Shown: positions 1-11,128 of the stretch, piece by piece
How the letters are laid out: each line of letters opens with the position of its first letter
How positions within the stretch are numbered: position 1 is the stretch's first letter
Assembly (NCBI RefSeq): GCF_006345805.1
Contig: NC_042998.1
Span: forward strand, 7,316,001-7,380,000
Length of the DNA stretch: 64,000 nucleotides
DNA from: Octopus sinensis
Taxonomy: Eukaryota
Direction: 5' to 3'
Made by a program: the position numbers and the translations under genes
The notes under the pieces: model-generated
The model's database searches: none
What the model was told of the DNA's origin: nothing
The model's input: the letters and a program-made list of their open reading frames with translations, nothing else

Positions 1-414
1 ATGCCCTTCCTAACGCCAACCACTCCGAGAGTGTAGTGGGTGATTTTATGTGCCACCGACACAGGTGCCAGACGAGGCTGGCAGACGGTCACGCTCGGAT
101 GGTGTTTTTTATGTGCCACCGACACAGGTGCCAGACGAGGCTGGCGAACGGCCACGCTCGGATGGTGTTTTTTACGTGCCACCGACACAGGTGCCAGACG
201 AGGCTGGCAGACGGTCACGCTCGGATGGTGTTTTTTATGTGCCACCGACACAGGTGCCAGACGAGGCTGGCAGACGGTCACGCTCGGATGGTGTTTTTTA
301 TGTGCCACCGACACAGGTGCCAGACGAGGCTGGCAGACAGCCACGCTCGGATGGTGTTTTCAGTGTTTTCTTATGCGCCACCGACACAGGTGCCAGACGA
401 GGCTGGCGAACGGC
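1..414 (-). mobile_element. RTE-tailed non-autonomous retroposon (family R) with internal 63-bp minisatellite; its 3' part runs off the window start
   Basis: Same body as other family R copies (atgcccttcctaacgccaaccactcc); module starts at 50, 113, 176, 239, 302 and ~374. Confidence 0.8.
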
Positions 415-573
415 TATATATATATATATATATATATTATCATCATCATCTTTCAATGTCTGTTTTCCATGGCAGCATGGGTTGAATGGTTTGAAAGGAC
501 CTGGTGAGCCACAGGGCTACATTGGGCTCTAACATCAACTTATATATATATGTGTGTGTGTGTGTTTACACAC

Positions 574-619
<46 letters not shown>

Positions 620-899
620 TACGTACACACAAAACACACACACTCACATATTATTGGCTTCATTCATAAAGGCAACATGTAACATCTATGAACCGGATTC
701 TTCTCATGTGGTGTAGCTTGGAATTCAATCTCTTGACTTTCAGTTTTGTAAGAAATCAGCTTCATAAACAATTTCATAATTAAAAAAAAAAGTGATGATC
801 CAAGCAGCAATAAACTTTGGTTATTGTTCTTAGAATAACAACGTAAGAACATAATAAAAACAACTTTAACATTTGCTATGTGATACTAATTATATGATA

Positions 900-1187
900 C
901 TAGCAGTATCGCCCGGCGTTGTTCGGGTTTGTAAGGGAAATAACTATATAAGCATTTTTAGAGACTTATAGCCAAAAAATGCATTAAAAATGGAAAAAAA
1001 ATTATGGTAAATTTTTTTTAAATCGTAGACTCATCGTAGACGTGCGCTAATACCCAGAAGGGCTCGATATGAATCACGACTATAAGATACCCGGTTTTGG
1101 TTAAACTGCACCGCAAAATGTGGGAGTAGTTAGGAATCTAAATCGTAGGAGACAGACAGAACACAACCTTTCTTTTATATATAAAGA
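900..1187 (-). mobile_element. Non-autonomous Helitron
   Basis: On the minus strand: 5' TC start, (CTGT)n near the 5' end, 3' hairpin CGCC-G-GGCG then CTAG, inserted between A and T with no TSD. Confidence 0.8.
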
Positions 1188-1189
1188 TA

Positions 1190-1368
1190 TTGTGAAAGTG
1201 CATATCTTAGTGGTTAGGGTATTGCCCTTACAGCTGAAAGATCATGGTTCTGATTCTCAGACCAGTGGGGTCACATTGTGTTCTGTAGCAGAACGCATCA
1301 TTACACATTGCTCCAGTTCACTCAGCTGTAAATGACTTCTAGAAAAAAACTGGGAAGCAATTTCAGAG
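1190..1368 (+). mobile_element. tRNA-derived SINE, family D (CORE-like centre), degenerate
   Basis: Degenerate A/B-box head followed by cacattgctccagttcactcagctgtaaatg. Confidence 0.65.
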
Positions 1369-1384
1369 GTGTGGGGGGGGGGTT

Positions 1385-1775
1385 AAGTTGATTACATCGA
1401 CCCCAATGTTCAACTGGTACTTCATTTATCAACGCTGTAAGGCAAAGTCAACCTTGGCAGAATTTGAACTGAGAATGTAGAGATGGGTGAGAGGCTGTTA
1501 AGTATTTTGCCTGGTGTGCTAACAATTCTGCCTGTTCTATTCTGTGCGTAAGTAAATAAAATTGGTTTTAGATTTTGGCACGAGACCAGCAATTTTGAGG
1601 AACAGGGTAAGTCAATTACATCTACCCCAGTGTTCAACTGGTACTTATTTCATTGACCCCCAAAAGGATGGAGAGCCAAGTCGACCTCAATGGAATTTGA
1701 ACAGAGAACATAAAGATGAATGAAACATCACTAAACATTTTGTCCGGCATGCTAATGATTCTGCTAGCTCATGAC
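1385..1775. mobile_element. Cluster of old family B (Meta-like domain) SINE fragments
   Basis: Repeated aactggtacttcatttatc / aaggcaaagtcaacc motifs in both orientations. Confidence 0.55.
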
Positions 1776-1921
1776 CTAAAGAGTATTTAATATCATATTA
1801 CAATAACTTGGGTCTTTATGAGCCCTTGAACTCATAAGGATGAAGCTTGACCCAATTTCCATGGCTTATGAATCACTGAAATTACAACCTCAACATAACT
1901 GAATGTGACACTAGTCCTTCG

Positions 1922-2622
1922 CAGAGTTGGCTTCCCAGCTTTTTCTGGATATCATTTACAGCTGAGTGAACTGGAGCAATGTGTCATCATCATCATTGTT
2001 CGACCGTGGTTGAGACAATGGAATTTACCATGCTACGCCAGACTTCACAGTCCATCATGGCATTACGAAGGTCCTGTTGCTGGATGCCTGTATCCCTGGA
2101 GATTACATCAGGGTAGGAGAGTGTGCGCCCTCTCGTATTGAAAGTAGATGGCTTCCAGAGGAGAAGAGTAGAAATTACCTCTTTTTCAGCTCTACAACAA
2201 TGTCCAGCAAACTGGACTCTCTTACCTTTCACAAGAGATGACACAGGTGGTAGTTTCCCATATATTTGCATTTTGGTTGGATGGCGCTTCCACGAGAGAT
2301 TTTGAGCTCTCATAAGGAGGCGAGTGTAGGTTCCATCCAACTGCCTCTCAAGCTTCTTTGATAACGTCCAGGTTTCTGAGCCATATAGTAGAATTGGTTC
2401 GACTGTGGCTTTGAAGATTTCAAGTTTGAAGTCTCTACTTAGATTTGATGACCAGATCTTATGCATGTCATTACAGGCTGACCAGGCCATACCCTTTCTA
2501 GAGCAATGTGTAATGATGTGTTCTGCTAAAGAACACAATGTACCCCACTGGTCTGAGAATCAGAACCATGATCTTTCAATTGTAAGAGCAATACCCTAGC
2601 CACCAAGCTATGCACTTTCACA
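1922..2622 (-). mobile_element. Family D SINE split by an RTE insertion
   Basis: Reverse complement of the 1190-1368 copy; the halves at 1922-1984 and 2501-2622 join through the duplicated GAGCAATGTGT. Confidence 0.75.
1985..2500 (-). mobile_element. 5'-truncated RTE-clade LINE (C-terminus of RT ORF plus (GAT)n tail) with 11-bp TSD
   Basis: Open frame ...FKATVEPILLYGSETWTL...RVQFAGHCCR... (LLYGSETW and GH motifs of RTE ORFs); tail TCGACCACGGTCGAACAATGATGATGATG; TSD GAGCAATGTGT at 1974-1984 and 2501-2511. Confidence 0.9.
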
Positions 2623-2649
2623 ATATATCATATTCTCTCTCAACTAATC

Positions 2650-2940
2650 TGCCCTTGGCTAAGTCCTGTGCATGTGAAACTTCTCCATCACTCTCTAATC
2701 TGTGCTGTCCTCTTCTTTGAGTTGTATAACTTCTGCTTAATATCCATCCTCATTGCTTGTCTTCTCCCTCTCAGTTTCTTCTGTTTTCTTGTGTCTCTCA
2801 CCTCATAAAATGTCCTATCCATCATGTTTTCTTTCTCCAGGTGGTATCCATCCTCTTTGTTGCTCATCCGCTCCCTCCATTAGATCTCTTCCATTCAACT
2901 CACAGCTTTCCAGTCTCCTAACATCAGGCTTCTTCATGGT
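2650..2940 (-). pseudogene. Highly decayed RTE-like LINE 3' fragment
   Basis: Purine-rich minus strand with remnants resembling the GR.R..RW.D region; heavily mutated. Confidence 0.35.
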
Positions 2941-3006
2941 CCATGCTTCTGGGTCATAGCAGAGCACACTTCATCCTAGGGTTTCCACCAGCTTCTTTGT
3001 TAGGTC

Positions 3007-3530
3007 ATGCTTCAGGTGACAGAAGATGTCCAGGTTGATGGACATCTGATACAAACTGTGAGATTTTCAGACAACCAGGCAATACCAGCAGATGGCTTAC
3101 TAGACCGGTGGTTTTCAACCAGGGTTCCGCCAGTACAGTGCAGGGGTTCCGCAAGAAGTTGCAAAACTGCTAAAATCAGCAGTAATTTTTAAGTCTCCTA
3201 TGCAGATATATGTGCATAAGACTATTAAATTATTGCACAGGGTTTCCTCGAGCCAGTGGAATGTCTCCTTGGGGTTCTGCTCCAGCAAAAAGTTTGAAAA
3301 GCACTGTACTAGACTATCATGACAAGTCTGATTGAAGTTGGTGAGGAATACAAGATGAGAATAAACCAGAAGAAGAAAGACCAAAGTAATGAAAATTGGA
3401 AAGAACAGAGCAGAGAATCTGCAAATCAACATCAATGGAAATCGACCGGAGCAGATTCGACAATGCATTGGAAGCCTACTAACAGAGGACGGGAGGAGTG
3501 AGAGGGGAATCTGAGCAAGAATTAGTATGG
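3007..3530 (+). pseudogene. Decayed RTE reverse transcriptase fragment interrupted by a hAT MITE
   Basis: VQVDGHLIQTVRFSDNQA (degenerate LRFADD motif); after the MITE it reads EYKMRINQKK-TKVMKIG...SLLTEDGRS with frameshifts. Confidence 0.7.
3106..3306. mobile_element. hAT (Buster/Charlie-like) MITE, 201 bp
   Basis: Termini CGGTGGTTTTCAAC...TTTGAAAAGCACTG; perfect 8-bp TSD TACTAGAC. Confidence 0.9.
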
Positions 3531-3577
3531 TCAACAAACATATATATATTAGTGACTACAGCATCAGTAATTTTAAA

Positions 3578-3735
3578 TGGGGTTGGCATTAGGAAGGGCA
3601 TCCAGCTGTAGAAACTCTGCCAGATCAGATTGGAGCCTGGTGCAGCCATCTGGCTCACCAGTCCCCAGTCAAACCATCAAACCCAGGCCAGCATGGAAAG
3701 TGGACGTTAAACGATGATGATGATGATGATGATGA
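3578..3735 (+). mobile_element. Family R retroposon 3' end with (GAT)n tail
   Basis: ggttggcattaggaagggcatccagctgtagaaac...ggacgttaaacgatgatgatg. Confidence 0.8.
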
Positions 3736-3863
3736 AATAGCATTGATACAAATAGTTCTAGTTACTTTGAGTAGACCCAAAATTGTTTTTGGCACTTAGA
3801 CATCCTAAAGAACAGTTCTTTTTCTTTTCTCTTTTTTGTTTTGTTTTAATCTTTATATTATCA

Positions 3864-4264
3864 CTAGCAGTATCGCCCGGCGTTGCTCGGGTTTGTAAGG
3901 GAAATAACTATATAAGCATTTTTAGAGAGTTATAGCCAAAAATTAGCAAAAAATGCATCAAAAATGGAAAAAAAATGATGGTAATTTTTTTAAAATATCG
4001 TTGACTCATCGTAGACATTTTTAGAGAGTTACTTCCCTTATATAATAGCGAAAAAAATGCATTAAAATGGAAAAAAATGATGGTAAATTGTTTTTTAAAT
4101 CGTAGACTCATCGTAGACATGCGCTAATACCCAGAAGGGCTCGATATGAATCACGACTATAAGATACCCGGTTTTGGTTACACTGCACCGCAAAATGTGG
4201 GAGTAGTTAGGAATCTAAATTGTAGGAGACAGACAGCACACAACTTCACTTTTATATATAAAGA
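3864..4264 (-). mobile_element. Non-autonomous Helitron with an internal duplication
   Basis: Same TC...CTAG termini as 900-1187, A/T insertion site, with a duplicated ~80-bp internal block. Confidence 0.8.
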
Positions 4265-4269
4265 TTATT

Positions 4270-4473
4270 CAGGATTGTTAGAACATTGCGACAAAATGCT
4301 TTATGATATATTTCTTCCTGCTCTTTTTGTTTCGAATTCAAATCCTACCGGGAACAAATTTGCCTTTCATCCATTCAAGATCAATAAAATAAGTACCAGT
4401 TGAGCCCTTGGCTCAATGTAATCCACTAGTCCACCTCCCATAACATTTCAGGTCTTGTGCATATTGTAGAAAG

Positions 4474-4504
<31 letters not shown>

Positions 4505-4925
4505 AGGTAGCGGGCTGGCAGAATTGTTACTGTGTCAGACAATATTCTTAGCAGCATTTCTTCTGATTTGTCCCATTCTGAACTCAAATTCCACCATCGT
4601 CGACTTAGTCTTTCATCATCTAGAGGTCAGTGTAATTGGCTAACACCCTTCCTGCAGGATCTTTGGTTTTATATCTAAATCAGAAACCATTATTATTATC
4701 ATTGTTATCAGTATTATTATTAAGGCAGCTGTCAGAATCATTGCTACACCAGACAAAATGCTTATCACCATTTCTTCCAGCTTCATGTTCTCAGTTCAAA
4801 TACCACCAAGGTTGACTTTGCCTTTCATCCTTTTAGAGTTGATAAAATAAAATACCATCTAAGTACTGGGGATCAATGTAATCAACTTGTCCCTATCCCC
4901 AAATTTCAGGCCTTGTGCGTGTAGT
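4270..4925. mobile_element. Cluster of old family B SINE copies
   Basis: Three degenerate copies of the ttgactttgcctttcatcc...aagtaccag motif. Confidence 0.55.
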
Positions 4926-4951
4926 AGAATGAATTATATATATGTATATAC

Positions 4952-5257
4952 GTCGCCCTTTTCAAGCCTAGCCAGGCTCATGGGCCCAGTTTCCCGGTTT
5001 CTGTGGTGTACGTGTTCCCCAGAGCTGGACGGGACGCCAGTCCATCGTAGCGTTACTCAAGAAACAGGAAGAGAGAGTGAGAGAAAGTTGTGACGAAAGA
5101 GTACAACAGGGGTCACCACCCTCCCCTGCCAGAACCTTGTGGAGCTTTTAGGTGTTTTCGCTCAATAAACACACACAACACCTGATCTGGGAATCGAAAC
5201 TGCAATCCTCCGACCGCAAGTCTGCTGCCCTAACCACTGGGCCATTGCACCTCCACA
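4952..5257 (-). mobile_element. tRNA-derived SINE family C with tail II
   Basis: Head GGAGGTGCAATGGCCCAGTGGTTAGGGCAGC with B box GTTTCGATTCC; tail ending ggcttgaaaagggcgacg. Confidence 0.8.
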
Positions 5258-5532
5258 GAATGAATTATACTTAATGTCATTTTTATTAGGAAAGCTTGGA
5301 GAGTGTTTGTGGACAGATGAGGGAATTTGATGTTGTTCAAAGGGGTACAGAACCAGCATGATGTGGCAGGGGTAAACCAACATATGCTGTTGGGCCCCGC
5401 TGCTGATATTGGGGATTGTATTCTATGCCTTGACCCAAGCATAGAACAGGGCTCACCTCTTTGAGCTGGGAAATGAATGGGATGCCTGGTGTGTGTAGGC
5501 TTGAGTATATAAAAAATTAAAATATTACTTTC

Positions 5533-5919
5533 TTTTTCTTTTTACTTGTTTCAGTCATTTTGACTGTGGCCATGCTGGAGCACCGCCTTTAATCGAGCAA
5601 CTTGACCCCGGGGTTTATTCTTTTGTAAGCCCAGTACTTATTCTATCGGTCTCTTTTGCCGACCGCTAAGTGACGGGGGCGTAAACACACCAGCATCGGT
5701 TGTCAAGCAATGCTAGGGGGACAAACACAGACACACAAACACACACACACACATATATATATACATATATACGACGGGCTTCTTTCAGTTTCCGTCTACC
5801 AAATCCACTCACAAGGCTTTGGTCGGCCCGAAGCTATAGCAGAAGACATTTGCCCAAGGTGCCACGCAGTGGGACTGAACCCGGAACTATGTGGTTGGTA
5901 AACAAGCTACTTACCACAC
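5533..5919 (-). mobile_element. SINE family A (tRNA head, internal (AT)n, AAAAGAGT-type tail), head clipped
   Basis: Near-identical to 13 other copies in the window. Confidence 0.85.
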
Positions 5920-5927
5920 TATTATAT

Positions 5928-6130
5928 TAAAGGTGGAAAACTAACAGAATCATTAGCATTCAGGGCAAAATGCTGAGTGGCATTTCATCTCTCTTGTGTT
6001 CTGAGTTCAAATTCTGCTCAGGTCAACCTTACTTTTCATTCTTTGTGGGTCGATAAAATAATTACTAGTCGAGTACTGGGGGTCAGTGTAATTGACTAGC
6101 TCCCTTTCCCCAAAATTCCAGGCCTTGTGC
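5928..6130 (+). mobile_element. Old family B SINE
   Basis: gagttcaaattctgc...ttactttcattctttgtgggtcgataaaata. Confidence 0.55.
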
Positions 6131-6356
6131 CAACCATCCGAGCATGGCCGTTCACCAGCCTCGTCTGGCACCTGTGTCGGTGGCACATAAAAAGTACCCA
6201 CTACACTCGCAGAGTGGTTGGCGTTAGGAAGGGCATCCAGCCGTAGAAACACTGCCAGATTTGACTGGGCCTGATGAAGCCTTCGGGCTTCCCAGATCCC
6301 CAGTTGAACCGTCCAACCCATGCCAGCATGGAAAGCGGACGCTAAACGATGATGAT
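6131..6356 (+). mobile_element. Family R retroposon with (GAT)n tail
   Basis: One internal module plus the conserved 3' body. Confidence 0.75.
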
Positions 6357-6367
6357 TATAATTTTAA

Positions 6368-6750
6368 GAAGGCAGTGAGCTGGTTGAATCGTTAGCATGC
6401 TGGATGAAATGCTTAGCAGTATTTCGCCCATTGCTATGTTCTGAGTTCAAATCCCACTGCGGCTGACTTTGCCTTTCATCCTTTCGGGGTCAATAAATCA
6501 AGTACCAGTGTAAAACTTGGGTTCATGTAATTGACTTATCTTTTCCCCACAAATTTCAGGTGCTGTGCATTGAATAGAAAGGATTATTATTATCATCATT
6601 AAGGGGGGCAAGCTGACTGAATCGTTAGCATGCCTGGCAAAATGTTCAGTGGCATTGTGTCTGTCTTTAAATTCTGAGTTCAAATTCTGTTGCGGTCAAC
6701 TTTGCCTTTCATCCTTTAGGGATCAATGAAAAAAGTACCAGTTGAACACT
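6368..6750 (+). mobile_element. Two tandem old family B SINEs
   Basis: Two ggcagtgagctgg / ggcaagctgac heads, each followed by the Meta-like motif. Confidence 0.6.
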
Positions 6751-6754
6751 AAGA

Positions 6755-7155
6755 TCTCTTTTATCTCTTTTACTTGTTTCAGTCAGTTGACTGTGGCCAT
6801 GCTGGAGCACCGCCTTTAGTCGAGCAACTCGACCCCGAGACTTATTCTTTGTAAGCCCAGTACTTATTCTATCGGTCTCTTTTGCCGAACCGCTAAGTGA
6901 CGGGGACATAAACACACCAGCATCGGTTGTCAAGCAATGCTAGGGGGACAGACACAGACACACAAGCATACACGCACACATATATATATGTACACGGGCT
7001 TCTTTCAGTTTCCGTCTACCAAATCCACTCACAAGGCTTTGGTCGGCCCGAGGCTATAGCAGAAGACACTTGCCCAAGATGCCACGCAGTGGGACTGAAC
7101 CCAGAACCATGTGGTTGGTAAGCAAGCTACTTACCACACAGCCACTCCTGCGCCT
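6755..7155 (-). mobile_element. SINE family A, full length
   Basis: 5' AGGCGCAGGAGTGGCTGTGTGGT (A box), GGTTCAGTCCC (B box), central (AT)n, AAAAGAG tail. Confidence 0.9.
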
Positions 7156-7484
7156 GATAGATATAATCGACTTACCCCACTCCTTTAAACCTGCTTACCC
7201 TGTACCAAAATTTGATAGCATCATTATTATTGTTATTATTAATAAGGTGGCAAGCTAGCAGGATCATTAGTATGCCAGGCAAAACGCTTCATGGTATTTT
7301 GTCTGTCCTTATGTTCTGAGTTCAAATCCCACGAAGGCTAACTTTGCTTTTTATCCTTTTGGGGTCAATGAAAGAAGAATCAGTAGAATACTAAGGTTGA
7401 TGTAATCGACTGGCCTCTCCTCGCCCAAATATCACGACTTGTGCCTGTAACAGAATGGATTATTATTATTATTATTATTATTAT

Positions 7485-8078
7485 TCATCGTTTAACGTCC
7501 GCTTTCCATGCTGGCATGGGTTGGACGGTTCAACTGGGGTCTGGGAAGCCAGAAGGCTGCACCAGGCCCAGGCAGTGTTTCTACAGCTGGATGCCCTTCC
7601 TAACGCCAACCACTCTGTGAGTGTATTGGGTGCTTTTTACGTGCCACCGGCAGAGGTGCCAGACGAGACTGGCAGACGGTCACGATCGGATGGTGCTTTT
7701 TACGTGCCACCAGCACAGGGACCAGATGAAGCTGGCAACGGCCACGGTCGGATGGTGCTTTTTACGTGCCACCGGTACAGGGACCAGATGAAGCTGGCAA
7801 CGGCCACGGTCGGATGGTGCTTGTTACGTGCCACCGGTACGGAGACCAGATGAAGCTGGCAACGGCCACGGTCGGATGGTGCTTGTTACGTGCCACCGGT
7901 ACGGAGACCAGATGAAGCTGGCAACAACCACAGTCGGATGGTGCTTTTTACGTGTCGCCGGCACGGATGCCAGTCGGGCGGCACTGGCTACGGCCACGTT
8001 CGGATGGTTCTCTTACGTGCCACCGGCACTGGTATCACAGCTACAAATTCCATTGACGTTGACAGATTACGATTTTGA
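7485..8078 (-). mobile_element. Family R retroposon with 7 internal 62-65 bp modules
   Basis: Module starts at 7641, 7704, 7766, 7828, 7890, 7952 and 8017. Confidence 0.85.
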
Positions 8079-8582
8079 TTATTATTATTATTATTATTAT
8101 TAAATCTTTCATTCAAAGCAATTTGAAATTTAGTAGAATGGAAACTTGACAATAAGTAGATGTAACTTCTGCTCTTGGTTTCAAAATTTGTTGTTTTTTT
8201 TGGGTTTTTTTTAAAAATCCTGAATTCTTGTAATTTTTCTTTATTTAATATTGTTAAAGATAGCTTAGCAGAATAATTCCATGTCTAAAACTGCCTGCGG
8301 ATAATATCATTTCACATAGAAACCATTGCTATCTCGATCGCTACCACCCACATGAGTTTGAGTAACTTGACTTGCCTTTTGTGTTTTTTGGTGTCTTATG
8401 CTTAAAAGCATGATTCCAGTGCATATTTTCCTGTTCTTTGGGGGGTAAAAATAGAGTTCACCCAAAACTCCTGGGTACAGATAAAGTGTGCAGTAAGTCA
8501 GTTTGGGTATGTTGGAAGAATAACATAAACACACTTATATATTACTGAATGTTATATTGTTTTTCTTTCCCAAATGTAAATA

Positions 8583-8598
8583 CTCATATACACACACT

Positions 8599-8642
<44 letters not shown>

Positions 8643-8733
8643 CATGTGTGTATGTGTTAATGTTGAGTTTTTTTTTACACAAGTACACAACATCAACAAC
8701 CATCACAAAAATCAACACTGCCACCACCACCAT

Positions 8734-8776
<43 letters not shown>

Positions 8777-8893
8777 GCTACTTTGTCTTTCTTCTCATCT
8801 TTTTAATGGCCACATTGGTTGTGACTGTTAATTGCAAACTGTAAAGATTTTTTTTGCTAGTGTATATCCAATTATATTCCTAATTCTTTCTCT

Positions 8894-8951
<58 letters not shown>

Positions 8952-8971
8952 ATTTGTAACTATCTATCTAT

Positions 8972-9014
<43 letters not shown>

Positions 9015-9345
9015 TATATCTATATATGTGTATATATGTATGTATATATGTTTATATGCATGTATATATATATATCTATATATGTATATATATATTAAAT
9101 TAAAGATAAAACCACTATTAGGCAAATCAATATATATATATATATATATATGTATGGATAGAAAGATGTACATATAGATACATAGATAGATGTACATATA
9201 TATATATATGTGCATGTATATGTATGTACATATATGTGTATATATGTATGTATATATGTTTATATGCATGTATATATATATGTACATACATATGTATATA
9301 CGTATCTATTTTTCAATGTGTGTGTGTGTGTATATATATATAAAA
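8583..9345. repeat. Compound microsatellites (AT)n, (ACT)n, (GT)n, (ATGT)n
   Basis: Read directly from the sequence. Confidence 0.95.
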
Positions 9346-11096
9346 TATTTTTTCCTTTTACCGTCTTCCATGGCTTTAGTTAGACAGAGAATTATATAAA
9401 TAAATATATAAATAAGTATATAAAATGTAAAAACGACAAAAACAAACAATAATACAAATGGAAACCCAAATTACGCATGAGAAATGTCTTGTCTTATACT
9501 ACTGCTTGCGATATTTCGCAAGAACATGCTGTCTGCCATTCTACAGGCTTTAATGCACATCTCCGCATACACTCGGTTCATCGTGCTCAAGATGTAGAGA
9601 GAGTGTAATAAGTCCATTGTCTTATGTTCTTCATTTGTACTCACGTTGAATAGACAACAGATCTGACACAGGAAACCATACTTCCATCTACATTTCTTTG
9701 CTTGGTTCTCTCTTTCACCCTTTTTGATTTCTCCCTCTCCCCCTCTCTCTCTCTCTCTCTCATTTCTTCATGTGTTTACTTGATATATTCTTGCTTTCAA
9801 CACACACACACACATACATGACTGTGTATGCACACATGCAAACAAGCACACTCACACACACGACTCTTCCTTCTGTACTTTCACTTTCTCTTTCCTTCCT
9901 ACACAGATTTTTAAAAACTTTTTGACAGTATATTCATAAATAATTCTTTATTCGGAATAATGATTTGTAATTTAGATCTATATAATAAACTGCAAAAATA
10001 TAGAACTGAGGGAGAGTGAGGGTGCTAAATGGATAGATTCTGTTTTGAGATAGGGATACTGCTGGTCGATAGAAGAAAAATTTTGCGGTTTCCCTATTTT
10101 TCTTTGTCTTATTTTTTGTTTCCTTTTTGGTTATTCTATTTATTTTCATTTTATTTTATCTGTTTGGTTTGGTTTGGTTTGGTTTGGTTTGGTTCTGAAG
10201 CACCAAAAGACAACAAATAACATCAAAAGATTTAGATGTGATTTCCTTTGTCATATGTCACTTTACAATCATTTGAATACAAAACACACTAACACACATG
10301 CACACTAACACACACACACACATGCATTATACTTCTCCCCTCCTTGGCATTCCCTTTCTTCACTCATCTCCCAAATATTTTTCTTCAAGATTTCATGCTT
10401 CTCTCCTTAAATGAGAATCACAGTGGAAACTTGGCTTTTTTTCTTTTTCTGCTCTATATTCTCTCCTATTTACAATATTCTCTCTTAACAAACGAACTCT
10501 CTCTCTCCAACATTTATTTTTAGATTTTACCATTTCCCTTTATTTTATTCCTTTATTGTTTTCTCTTTCCAAAAGGGAGATCCCCTACATTACTCATATT
10601 TACCTCATACGGATTTTAATTTTAGTTTTTCCTTTGGTTTTCCCCTTTCGGATCAATAACACGACACAGCATAAGATAGCATAGACTCTCTCTCTCTGCA
10701 TTTGTTTACAACATGTCTGCTATGGTGGCTGTGTAAAAGCAGCTGTAGTTTAATGTAGTAATGAAAAGTTCTGGAAAATATCTGGTAAGTAAGGGGTGTA
10801 GACTTGATTAATTACCCATATTAATTGCATATATTGATGATCGTACACTCTTTCACACCTCAAAACAACAATTTTTGCTAGCTTGCATCTTCCTCACATT
10901 TCTATCTATTAAACAAGCAAATATATAAACAATTTATATATACACACACACACATATATATATGTATATATCATCATCATCATCATCATCATCTCACATA
11001 TATATATACATATATATATTGTTATATTTCGGAATGGTCATTTTGCCAGTTTAGCCAATAAATATTTAAACGTATATATATACACACATACATATT

Positions 11097-11128
<32 letters not shown>

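Noticed and set aside
50-414. CRISPR-like regular repeats (also 7641-8078)
   Set aside because: Head-to-tail units with no unique spacers and no cas genes, in eukaryotic DNA.
36-532. Three overlapping 149-160 aa repetitive ORFs
   Set aside because: They result from a stop-free 63-bp (21-codon) tandem unit inside a retroposon; no splice or protein evidence.
5700-5930. Recurrent ORFs MSSNARGTNTDTQTH / MLGGQTQTH (many loci)
   Set aside because: They are translations of family A SINE copies.
6271-6290. CTGATGA-AGCC-TTCG-GGCT, a perfect hammerhead core plus UUCG stem
   Set aside because: Followed by TCCC rather than GAAA, and other family R copies show it is a chance variant of gcctggtgcagccttctggct.
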